Below, one piece after another: positions 55,883 through 63,722 of a stretch of 63,722 bases of DNA. Origin of the DNA: an uncultured Chromatiales bacterium (GTDB lineage: Bacteria; Pseudomonadota; Gammaproteobacteria; Steroidobacterales; BM003); the NCBI GenBank assembly GCA_937128475.1, contig CAKZML010000025.1:1-63722 (forward strand). Direction: 5' to 3'. The stretch's first letter is position 1. Each line of letters begins with the position of its first letter. The position numbers were made by a program, and so were the translations under genes. The notes below the pieces were generated by a model, which worked only from the letters and a program-made list of their open reading frames with translations, did not search any database and was not told where the DNA came from.

Positions 55883-57760
55883 TTGCTGAAGCGACTGTGG
55901 AAAAAAGCGAGCTTGCTGTGCCTGCTCGCCCTGGTTTGGGTGTCTCCGACTGCGTTGGCGCAGACCTACCGCTACGAGACAAGTGAACGTCTGGTGGTGA
56001 TTGGTGATTCCCACGGCGCATTTGACAGTTATTCAGCACTACTGGCCGAGGTCGGGCTCGTCGACGGCAAACTGAAATGGTCCGGTGGGAAAGCAAACCT
56101 TGTGAGCCTGGGGGACTTTCTGGATCGCGGTGCGGATTCACGCAAGATAATGGACCTGCTGATGCGTCTGCAGAAAGAGGCGGCCAAGAGCGGCGGTAAG
56201 GTGCATGTGTTGCTGGGCAATCATGAGCTCATGAACCTGACTGGTGATCTTCGTAATGTCAGCCCCCAGGAATTTCTTTCCTACCAGGACATGGAAGATC
56301 CAAAAGAACGACTGGCTGTGCGCGAGTACTTTGACCAGAATCCGGAAGAGCGTCGGGACTCGGATTTTGACCAGCTTTATCCCCCGGGTTTCTTCGGTCA
56401 CCGCAAGGCTTTCTCCAGCGAAGGCAAATATGGAAAGTGGTTGCGTACGCTGCCGTTCCTGATTGTTATCAACGACAAGGCTTTCACTCATGGTGGACTG
56501 CCCAGGTTGGTGGCGGAGCAGGGGCTGGAAGGCACCAATCGGTCCATGGCCGAGGCAATTTCCCAGTACGACGAGTTGTGGGCGGTGGTCAGCAAAGATA
56601 TCGGCCTGGTGTTGCCCGCGACATTCAGGCAGCGCCCACGGCTGTCTGAGGCGTCCACCCTTCCGGAAGCTGAAAAATTCAGAAAGCTTTACTGGAAGCC
56701 ACTGTTTTCTCCTGAGGGCCCTTTGTGGGCGCGTGAAGACAGTATGTGTTTGCCTGTGACGGTGGAGGGAACCCTGGACGCATCTCTTGCGGCCCTGGGT
56801 GCCAGCCAGTTGGTTGTGGGGCATACGGTTACCTTTAACAAGCACATTTCCAGTCGACTGAACGGCAAGGTCATCATGATCGATACCGGAATGCTGAACA
56901 GCGTGTATACCGGGGGTATTGCTTCGGCACTGGTGGTGGAGAAGGGTGTGAATTCGGCCTTCTACCTTGGGCAGGGTGGTGGACACAAGATATTACCTTT
57001 GCCCCGGCAGGTGGGTTCCAGGCCCGCCTCCATGAGTGATGATGAGCTCGAGGTGTTTTTGAGTGAAGCGGAAATCGTGCTCGCTGAATACCTGGGTAAG
57101 GGAATTACCAAGCCAAAAAAAGTGATCCTTGAGCGGGACGGTATCCAGTTGCAGGCCATCTTTAAGGACGTAAGATTTAAAGAACAACGTATGGGCAACA
57201 CCATCGTTGAATTCGCTGATCACTGGCGTAACGAAGTCGCCGCCTACAAGCTCGATCGACTTATGGGCCTGGAAGCTGTTCCGGTTACCGTGGAGCGCGA
57301 GGTGGAGGGCAAGCGAGGCTCATTGCAGTTCTGGGTTCACGGGTTGATGAACTGGAGAACTGTCTCCGAGGCGGGCAAGGCACCGGGGAACTGGTGCGAA
57401 ATGCTTCCCCAGTACCAGGTTCTGAAGGTATTCGATGCGCTGGTTCACAACCTGGATCGGACCCAGGAGAACCTGGCATTTGAAAAATCTGACTGGAAGT
57501 TGATCCTTATCGACCATTCCCGAGCCTTTGCAGCAAGGCCAAGAATTCTCGACAAAATTGAGTCTGAGTACCTGGTGGTGACACCTGCCATGGCGAAACG
57601 CCTGGAGGCCCTGACAGAGGAGTCGGTGCTGGCCGCCACAAGGCCATACCTTAACTTGAGTCAGGTGCGTACCCTTATGGCCAGGCGCGATATTCTTTTG
57701 CGTGACTACCTGGCTGAGGTCCCGGGATCGACTGAGCCGGAAACCTCCGGCGACCACTGA
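55883..57760 (+). CDS. Signal-peptide-bearing fusion of a PPP-family (Shelph/ApaH-like) metallophosphatase and a C-terminal PI3/PI4-kinase-like (PI4K type II / SCO1664-like) domain, copy 1
   Basis: Signal MLKRLWKKASLLCLLALVWVSPTALA/Q. Phosphatase motifs GDSHG, GDFLDRG, GNHE, THGG, VGHT. Kinase-like motifs AIFKD, NEVAAYKLDRLMGLEAVPVT, HNLDRTQEN, LIDHSRAF. TTG start preceded by GGAGA. Confidence 0.7.
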   Translation: MLKRLWKKASLLCLLALVWVSPTALAQTYRYETSERLVVIGDSHGAFDSYSALLAEVGLVDGKLKWSGGKANLVSLGDFLDRGADSRKIMDLLMRLQKEAAKSGGKVHVLLGNHELMNLTGDLRNVSPQEFLSYQDMEDPKERLAVREYFDQNPEERRDSDFDQLYPPGFFGHRKAFSSEGKYGKWLRTLPFLIVINDKAFTHGGLPRLVAEQGLEGTNRSMAEAISQYDELWAVVSKDIGLVLPATFRQRPRLSEASTLPEAEKFRKLYWKPLFSPEGPLWAREDSMCLPVTVEGTLDASLAALGASQLVVGHTVTFNKHISSRLNGKVIMIDTGMLNSVYTGGIASALVVEKGVNSAFYLGQGGGHKILPLPRQVGSRPASMSDDELEVFLSEAEIVLAEYLGKGITKPKKVILERDGIQLQAIFKDVRFKEQRMGNTIVEFADHWRNEVAAYKLDRLMGLEAVPVTVEREVEGKRGSLQFWVHGLMNWRTVSEAGKAPGNWCEMLPQYQVLKVFDALVHNLDRTQENLAFEKSDWKLILIDHSRAFAARPRILDKIESEYLVVTPAMAKRLEALTEESVLAATRPYLNLSQVRTLMARRDILLRDYLAEVPGSTEPETSGDH

Positions 57761-57774
57761 CAAACTTCGTAAGC

Positions 57775-59112
57775 TTATCTGCCCGGTTCCGGTGCGCTCT
57801 GGAATTCCGGTCGCTCCGCTTTCCGGGCATATTCCCTGCCGGCGGATATGGCGATGGCGACCATCACTAACGCCAGGATTGCGTCAAAGACCAGGAACTG
57901 ACGATGTCCCCAGCCGAGCAAGTCTGCGCCAATGAATACGGTACCCGCCGCCACCAGGTCTCCGCAACGGAAGAAAAACGTATCGATTGCGGTCTTGGCC
58001 TCATATTTTGCTTCCCTGCTTGCGGGTAGCAACAGCGCATTTCTGCAGGTGTTGAGTAGCGAATAGTCGAGGCTCTTGATGGCGATGACACCCCACTTCA
58101 TGACTATCAGTGCCGGTATTGCAGCCATACCCACAAAGGAAATTGCGAAGATCAAAGGCGGTATGGCTACTGCGACCTTGACCCCAAAAGTGATGATGAT
58201 CCGGGAAACGAGAAGCAGTTGAATGCCGCTGCTGAAGATCGTTATCCATGAGAAAAGATCACCCATGAATGCGGCGATCATGGCCTGTCTCTCGCCTTCG
58301 GGTAGCGTCATGGAAAGCTGCACGACGTAATCTGACATTACGTACTCACCGGTAGTGGTGATCCAGTTGAGCATCACCACCAGGGTGGCCAGGCTCAGCA
58401 GGTACCTGTCTTGTAATACCAGTCCGAGACCGCCCAGGGCCTTGGTCATGATATTGTCGGCACGGCTGATTTGCTTTGCCCTGGCTCTGGCGGGGACAGC
58501 GTTGCCGGCAAATCGGCTCAGGGGTAGAGAGGCAAGGAACAGCCCGGCCGATAACATCATGAGGCCGCCGGCCCCCAGCCATGGGTACAGGAATTTGGCA
58601 ATCTGGGCGCCCAGCAAGCCGCCTACCGAAATGCCGAAGGCAATGATGGCAAACAATCGCTGTCCCGCTCTTACGCTGAACAGGTCCGTGGCGTAGGCCC
58701 AGAATTGAGAGGTGACCATTACACCCACGGCCCCGGCGTACACATAAAAAGCGAAGCCTACATTCAGGCCGATATTTTCCAGGGCATAGAAAATAAGCAG
58801 GCCCATTGCCAGCAGGAAATACACGCGCTGTATCAACAGAGATTTTCTCTGCATACGGAACAGCATGCCGTACAAGGGCAGCAGGAGAATGAGAACCAGC
58901 GCCTGTGCCCCTGTAGCGTATGTGCGCAGGGCCGCGTCGCCTTCGGTGAGGATCAGGGCCTCGCGAACCGGCTTGAGAAGGTAGTACGCCAACATGATTA
59001 CGGTGGCGTTAAGAAGCAGCCACGCGATCACCCGGCCTTCGCCTGGGCGAATTCGGGTAAACAAAGAAAGCAGTCGTTCGAATGGCGATAATCGAAGAGA
59101 TTCTTGGGTCAT
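57775..59112 (-). CDS. TLC (ATP:ADP antiporter, AAA family)-like 12-TM transporter, copy 1
   Basis: The N-terminus (FERLLSLFTRIRPGEGRVIAWLLLNATVIMLAYYLLKPVREALIL) fits the TLC-family N-terminal pattern as I recall it. Polytopic, and convergent with copy 1 of the fusion gene. Confidence 0.5.
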   Translation of the reverse strand: MTQESLRLSPFERLLSLFTRIRPGEGRVIAWLLLNATVIMLAYYLLKPVREALILTEGDAALRTYATGAQALVLILLLPLYGMLFRMQRKSLLIQRVYFLLAMGLLIFYALENIGLNVGFAFYVYAGAVGVMVTSQFWAYATDLFSVRAGQRLFAIIAFGISVGGLLGAQIAKFLYPWLGAGGLMMLSAGLFLASLPLSRFAGNAVPARARAKQISRADNIMTKALGGLGLVLQDRYLLSLATLVVMLNWITTTGEYVMSDYVVQLSMTLPEGERQAMIAAFMGDLFSWITIFSSGIQLLLVSRIIITFGVKVAVAIPPLIFAISFVGMAAIPALIVMKWGVIAIKSLDYSLLNTCRNALLLPASREAKYEAKTAIDTFFFRCGDLVAAGTVFIGADLLGWGHRQFLVFDAILALVMVAIAISAGREYARKAERPEFQSAPEPGR

Positions 59113-59294
59113 GTTTTGTATTTTTTAGTGAGCGCTTTCAGCATGGTGAGATAAATCCTAGCAGTTTCAAAAAATAAATGCCCAAGCCCTAATCAGAAAA
59201 ATCGGACAATAAATATTTAGAAAAATTAATGAAATCGACCTAGACTCATAGGCAGTCGTAAATTATTAACGGATTTGTGTCGACTTAACCGGCC

Positions 59295-61220
59295 TTGGAG
59301 GGTGCAGTCATTTCACTCTTAACCAGATTCTATTTCCTCGTCTTTTTCCTGGTGCCGGTCTTGGTGCCGGATGTGAGTTGGTCTGCTGAACCGGTGGAGA
59401 CGGTTCAGGTTGAAGATGAACTGGTGCAACCGACCCAGGCTGAAGAGAAGAAAACGTATAGATACAGCGATGTGGAAAAGGTCGTTGTGATTGGAGACAT
59501 CCACGGTGCCCACCAGTCCCTTGTCAAAGTACTCAAAAAGTCTGGCTTACTCGATGAGGATGCCAAGTGGGCCGGAGGCAAGACTCACCTGGTGAGTCTT
59601 GGTGATCTCCTGGACAGGGGGGCCGAGTCCAGGAAGATCATGGATCTGCTGATGTCTCTACAGGAGCAGGCCAGGGCCGCGGGTGGACGGGTCCACGTCC
59701 TGATGGGTAATCATGAGCTCATGAATATGAGCGCCGATACCGAGTATGTGAGTGCCGCCGAATTCTCTTCCTACCGGGATCTTGAGACGCCCGAGGTAAG
59801 GGAGGCTGAACAGTTACGTTACGAAACCCTGTTGCCGGAACAGCGGACAAAAACGTTTGATCAAAAATATCCCCCCGGGTTTTTTGGTCACCAATTGGCA
59901 ATGTCGGAAACGGGTGCCTACGGCGCGTGGTTACGCAGCCTGCCCTACATGATCGTAATTAACGACATGGCCCTGGTGCATGGTGGCTTGCCTCAAATGG
60001 TGGCGGATCTGGGCCTGGAAGGTACCAATCAGAAGCTGGATGACATGTTCCGCGCGTACGAGACAAGCTGGAATGCCCTGGTCCAGGCCAAGGGGCTAGA
60101 GGGTTATGCCAGCTACAATGAGAAATTTGATATCGCCATGGCGCTTCCTGAAGAGGAGGGTGCAGGATTTCTCGCCGCTGCGCATGCGGAACTATTCTCT
60201 CCGGATGGCCCTTTGTGGTCCCGGGAGGATTCCGTATGCATCCCGTTGACCGTGGAAGATATTCTCGATGCAGCGTTGACCAGGTTGGGCGTAAATCGGG
60301 TGGTGGTTGGTCATACGGTGACCCCGGATAACCTGATCACAACTCGCTTCGAGGGCCGGGTGGTCATGGTGGATACCGGAATGCTCTCAAGTGTTTACCA
60401 AGGAGGCAGAGGCTCGGCCCTGGTTGTTGAGGGCGGAAATCTCAGTGCCATCTATGAAGATCATGACCTCTCCAGCGCTGTGCTGGAAATGCCCCGTCGC
60501 GTGGGTGATCGTCCCGGTGGCTTGACAGACGATGAACTCGAGCAGTTCCTCATGACAGCAAAGATTGTGAAAGTGTCTGATGTGGGCCACGGAGTCACCC
60601 ACCCCCTTCGAGTTGACCTTGAGAAGGATGGGATCGCGTTAAGCGCAGTATTCAAAGACGTGAACTTCAAGGAAGTCCGCAAGGGTCGAAGAATCGAGGC
60701 CATGGGTGATCGCTGGAATCACGAGGTTGCCGCCTACGGCCTGGATCGCTTGCTTGATCTGAGGCTGGTGCCGGTAACGGTCCCGAGGGTTGTTGATGGA
60801 AAAGAAGGCTCGCTTCAGTACTGGGTGGATGGCCTGGTCAATCAGATCGATATGCAAGAGCAGGGACTGGCTCCAGGTGACTGGTGTTCGAGGGTTTCCC
60901 AGCATGAACTGCTCAGGGTCTTCGATGCCCTAATCTACAACCAGGATCGAACCCAGCAGAATCACACTTACGACCCGCGCTATTGGAGAATGGTCTTGAT
61001 CGACCACTCCCGTTCTTTTGAGACCTCCAGCAACTTCCCGGAGAGCATAAGGAAGAGTCCGCACCTGGTGGTGCGCCCGGCGGTGGCGAAAAGACTGGCC
61101 ACATTAACCGAAAATAATGTGAAAATCGCAACTCGCGGTTACCTCAAGCCGGTCCAGGTCAGAAAGATACTTATCAGGCGGGACAAGTTGCTGAAATCCT
61201 ACCAGGCTGCTGATCAGTAA
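59295..61220 (+). CDS. PPP-phosphatase / PI3-PI4-kinase-like fusion, copy 2 (paralogue of 55883-57760)
   Basis: Same motif set: GDIHG, GDLLDRG, GNHE, VHGG, VGHT; AVFKD, HEVAAYGLDRLLDLRLVPVT, YNQDRTQQN, LIDHSRSF. The N-terminus is hydrophobic, ending SWSA/EP. The start codon is uncertain (TTG at 59295). Confidence 0.7.
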   Translation: MEGAVISLLTRFYFLVFFLVPVLVPDVSWSAEPVETVQVEDELVQPTQAEEKKTYRYSDVEKVVVIGDIHGAHQSLVKVLKKSGLLDEDAKWAGGKTHLVSLGDLLDRGAESRKIMDLLMSLQEQARAAGGRVHVLMGNHELMNMSADTEYVSAAEFSSYRDLETPEVREAEQLRYETLLPEQRTKTFDQKYPPGFFGHQLAMSETGAYGAWLRSLPYMIVINDMALVHGGLPQMVADLGLEGTNQKLDDMFRAYETSWNALVQAKGLEGYASYNEKFDIAMALPEEEGAGFLAAAHAELFSPDGPLWSREDSVCIPLTVEDILDAALTRLGVNRVVVGHTVTPDNLITTRFEGRVVMVDTGMLSSVYQGGRGSALVVEGGNLSAIYEDHDLSSAVLEMPRRVGDRPGGLTDDELEQFLMTAKIVKVSDVGHGVTHPLRVDLEKDGIALSAVFKDVNFKEVRKGRRIEAMGDRWNHEVAAYGLDRLLDLRLVPVTVPRVVDGKEGSLQYWVDGLVNQIDMQEQGLAPGDWCSRVSQHELLRVFDALIYNQDRTQQNHTYDPRYWRMVLIDHSRSFETSSNFPESIRKSPHLVVRPAVAKRLATLTENNVKIATRGYLKPVQVRKILIRRDKLLKSYQAADQ

Positions 61221-61269
61221 GACTCTTTGGCGTCGTTTAATCGGGTGTCGTTTCGGGTGACGGGTTCGA

Positions 61270-62883
61270 CTAGTCTTCGATGATCAGCCTGAATGTCTGG
61301 CTGGTGAACAGCCCGTCGTAATCCGTTGCGATGACGCGTATTACCAGTTCTTCCCGGTGTCCCATGGGGGGCGTTGCTTCAATCACGTGCCTGCGCTTGT
61401 CCAGGCGCACCCAGGCCGGTAGCGAGGAGCCGCAGTGCAGCTCGGCGCGTATGGTCAGCACCTCTCCGGCATCATCGTCCAGGAAGGCATTGGGTGGAAT
61501 GACATGATGAGTGCATCGGCCCGAGCAAATGGTGGCGTCTGGGATTTGCTCTCCGACAAACGGAGCGGAGTTGAATTCTGGCAAGGCAATGCGCTGGGCA
61601 TAAGATTTGCCAATGAACAAAGACACCACCAGCATACATGTGGCCAACACGATATTAACGATTATGAATTCATTGTGGCCCCATCTTAGAAATTCAACGC
61701 CGATCAGCACGGTGAATGCGGAGAGCAGGTCGCCGGCGCGGAAAAACAGTGTGTCGATCGCCGTTTTCCCTTCGTATTTCACTGTTCTTGAAGTGGGAAG
61801 GAGCAGCGCGTTTCGGCAAGTGTTGAGTAGCGAGTAATCCAGGCTCTTCACTGCAATGACTGCCCACCGCGTCACGGCCAGAAGTGGCAGCAAACCCATA
61901 GCCATATAGCTGACGACGAAAATCGCCGGGGAGACCGCCAGCGCCACCCTGATTCCAAACTTGATGATGATCCTGGAGACAAAAAGCAGTTGAAAGACTG
62001 CGCTCAGCAAGGTCACCCAGAACATGACCCCTGCCTGAAATTTACCTATCCAGATTTCCCGGTCTACCGCCGGCATCGCCATGGAGGCGTCCTTGATGAA
62101 ATCGTTCAGAATGAACTCGCCGGTAGCACCCGACCAGTTCAGCAGCACCACCAGGGCAGCGATGGAAATCAGGTAGCGGTCCTTCAATACCAGGGCGAGG
62201 CCGCCGAACATTTTCTGGACGGTGTCCGCCTGGGTCTCCAGCGGCGGCGGGCGGCTCTCTATGGGTACCGAATCATTGGACAGCTTTGACAGGGGCAGTG
62301 TCGATAGAAACACAAAAGCTGCGACAATAAGCAATCCATCCGCGCCGACAAGATCGAGTAGATGTCGGGCCAGGATTGTCCCGAACAGAGCGCCCAGGCT
62401 GACTCCCATTCCAATTACCGCGAACAGGCGTTGCCCGGTTTTCGGGTTTAACAAGTCGGTTGCGAATGCCCAGAACTGGGATGTCACCATTACTGCCATG
62501 ATCCCGGTCCAGATAAACAGGACGAAACCGATATGGAAGCCCATCTGGTGTGCGATGAAAAACGGAATGAGGCTGAATGCGAGGATAAAGTTGATTCGCT
62601 GAATCAGCAGGGACTTGTCTTGCAAGCGAAAAAGCATCCCGTAAAGAGGCAGGATAAAAATTAGCAGCGCCGCCTGGATGCCAGATGCATAGCTTCGTAG
62701 CGCGGCCGACCCTTCGGTAAGGATGAAGGTTTCCCTGGTTGTTCGAACCAGGTAATACGCGCACATAAGCAGGAAAGCATGTAGCAGAAGCCAGGCCACG
62801 CTTCTGCCTTCACCCGGACGAATCGTGGTGAACAGGCTAATGAATTTTTCGAACGATGTGAGTTCGGATCTATTTACTAGCAC
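61270..62883 (-). CDS. TLC-like transporter, copy 2, with a C-terminal ~96-aa cadherin-like (dystroglycan-type/He_PIG-like) domain
   Basis: Paralogous to 57775-59112 along the membrane part. The extra tail FLDDDAGEVLTIRAELHCGSSLPAWVRLD...VIRVIATDYDGLFTSQTFRLII is cadherin-like. The start is set at the GTG at 62883, preceded by AAGGGAG. Confidence 0.5.
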   Translation of the reverse strand: MLVNRSELTSFEKFISLFTTIRPGEGRSVAWLLLHAFLLMCAYYLVRTTRETFILTEGSAALRSYASGIQAALLIFILPLYGMLFRLQDKSLLIQRINFILAFSLIPFFIAHQMGFHIGFVLFIWTGIMAVMVTSQFWAFATDLLNPKTGQRLFAVIGMGVSLGALFGTILARHLLDLVGADGLLIVAAFVFLSTLPLSKLSNDSVPIESRPPPLETQADTVQKMFGGLALVLKDRYLISIAALVVLLNWSGATGEFILNDFIKDASMAMPAVDREIWIGKFQAGVMFWVTLLSAVFQLLFVSRIIIKFGIRVALAVSPAIFVVSYMAMGLLPLLAVTRWAVIAVKSLDYSLLNTCRNALLLPTSRTVKYEGKTAIDTLFFRAGDLLSAFTVLIGVEFLRWGHNEFIIVNIVLATCMLVVSLFIGKSYAQRIALPEFNSAPFVGEQIPDATICSGRCTHHVIPPNAFLDDDAGEVLTIRAELHCGSSLPAWVRLDKRRHVIEATPPMGHREELVIRVIATDYDGLFTSQTFRLIIED

Positions 62884-63318
62884 GTAGCTCCCTTTGACCC
62901 AAAATCCGCCCTGCGCGCCGGATAGACAGTGTCTGGATGTGCCCATCCTGGGCGTTGTTCAGTGCGCGTTCTTCTCGCGGGGAAAAGGCGCGTTCTTGAG
63001 GTAACCATACTTTATAACTCGAATTCCGCAATAGCCTTCTTAAATTAGTCAGGTAGCCTCAATAAAAAGGAGATTCCATGGCCGTAAAAGGCGTTCTCCA
63101 GTTCGAGTTTTTCTTTGGCCTCCCTGCGTCGAAAAAGTTCCTGAGTACGATGAATAGTGTTTGATTTAGTCATGAAGTTGGGTCCTTTGCTGGAATTGCG
63201 TAGCGGTCTGGCTATACTGGATGGCAAGCACAGCAAATTATTTGCTGCTGCGGTGGGTGTTTTGGCGTGAGTTTCACGGTCAGAACTTTCCATTAATTCC
63301 ACATAGCAGGTAGAAAAA

Positions 63319-63722
63319 ATGTCGAAAGAACTTACCGCACTTGAGCGCGCGTTCAAGAATGCCGAACGCGAATTTGTCAGGGTTTCTCAAAAGACCTTGA
63401 AGTCTCTGGACAGGGAGTCAAAGAAGGTAGCCCGCGATCTGCAGCGCGCCAAGACCCGTGCAGAGCGTTATAAAAACGATGTCATGAAGAAATCAGAGAA
63501 GCTCGCCAAGACTTCTGCTGCAAGTGCCAAGAGGCAGTTGCGCTCCCAGATCAACAAGCTGGACAAGGCTTTGAATGAAGCCATGGATGAAGTCGAAGCC
63601 CATAGAATTAACCTGGCTCCTTTGCGGGCCCAGTTGAAGAATGCTCGGGCTTTTGCCATGAGAGCCACTCACCTGAGCAAGGCTGTCAGCAAGAAAGAGA
63701 AGGAACTGGATAAGAAGGCAGG
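63319..63722 (+). CDS. Lys/Arg/Ala-rich coiled-coil protein (AlgP/H1-like or phasin-like N-terminus); 3' end is off-window
   Basis: ATG at 63319, with the frame open to the window end and a heptad-like charged sequence (MSKELTALERAFKNAEREF...KRQLRSQINKLDKALNEAMDEV). It is absent from the ORF track because there is no stop in the window. Confidence 0.45.
   Translation, partial: MSKELTALERAFKNAEREFVRVSQKTLKSLDRESKKVARDLQRAKTRAERYKNDVMKKSEKLAKTSAASAKRQLRSQINKLDKALNEAMDEVEAHRINLAPLRAQLKNARAFAMRATHLSKAVSKKEKELDKKA

Noticed and set aside
54149-56986. 373-aa and 282-aa minus-strand ORFs inside the peptidase and fusion-protein genes
   Set aside because: They are antisense shadows with no motifs.
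63045-63173. Two mutually antisense small ORFs: minus strand, 42 aa (MTKSNTIHRTQELFRRREAKEKLELENAF...), and plus strand 63078-63164, 28 aa with a strong AAGGAG
   Set aside because: I cannot tell from sequence alone which of them, if either, is real. No family was recognised. Conservation or ribosome-profiling evidence is needed.
63231-63247. Palindrome CAGCAAA-TTA-TTTGCTG upstream of the coiled-coil gene (a similar AGCAAA-N6-TTTGCT occurs at ~4444-4461)
   Set aside because: It is short and AT-rich, and two occurrences could be chance. No regulator can be assigned from the window.
1-63722. Phage-defence systems, mobile elements, tRNA/rRNA genes, riboswitches (for example c-di-GMP GEMM upstream of pilus or EPS genes)
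   Set aside because: I saw no nuclease, methylase, helicase, integrase or transposase signatures, and no GEMM-like conserved motifs in the leaders I read. This was not an exhaustive covariance search.

Overview
This moderately GC-rich, gammaproteobacterium-like chromosomal segment (taxonomy inferred only from gene content) is dominated by cell-surface and biofilm functions. No tRNA, rRNA, CRISPR array, transposase or integrase was seen. From left to right the window holds: (1) a Csu/sigma-type chaperone-usher pilus operon, cut at the left edge, followed by an HTH-receiver regulator. (2) A roughly 26 kb Wzx/Wzy-type exopolysaccharide locus (5.3-31.6 kb) with several unusual domain fusions. It carries an embedded partner-switching module (REC-PP2C, RsbW-like kinase, STAS) and lies next to a soluble hybrid histidine kinase and a sigma-54 enhancer-binding response regulator. 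Read by eye, six well-matching sigma-54 -24/-12 promoter motifs plus one weaker one sit in the correct orientation in front of the operons of this locus and of a neighbouring lipoprotein/LruC-domain operon. The layout recalls the Vibrio fischeri syp locus (SypA/SypE/SypF/SypG), but rearranged and with extra modules. (3) A secreted protein with a perfect 12-bp tandem repeat, then an amidase gene remnant. (4) Housekeeping genes: ygiQ and bkdA1-bkdA2-bkdB. (5) The PNAG operon pgaABCD. (6) A lipoprotein prolyl oligopeptidase. (7) The item I rate most novel: a tandemly duplicated convergent gene pair. Each pair joins a signal-peptide-bearing PPP-phosphatase / PI3-PI4-kinase-like fusion protein with a TLC (ATP:ADP antiporter)-like transporter, and one transporter carries a C-terminal cadherin-like domain. 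A diverged 198-bp tandem duplication also spans the kinase/regulator gene junction. All family assignments come from motif recognition in the supplied translations; no searches were run.
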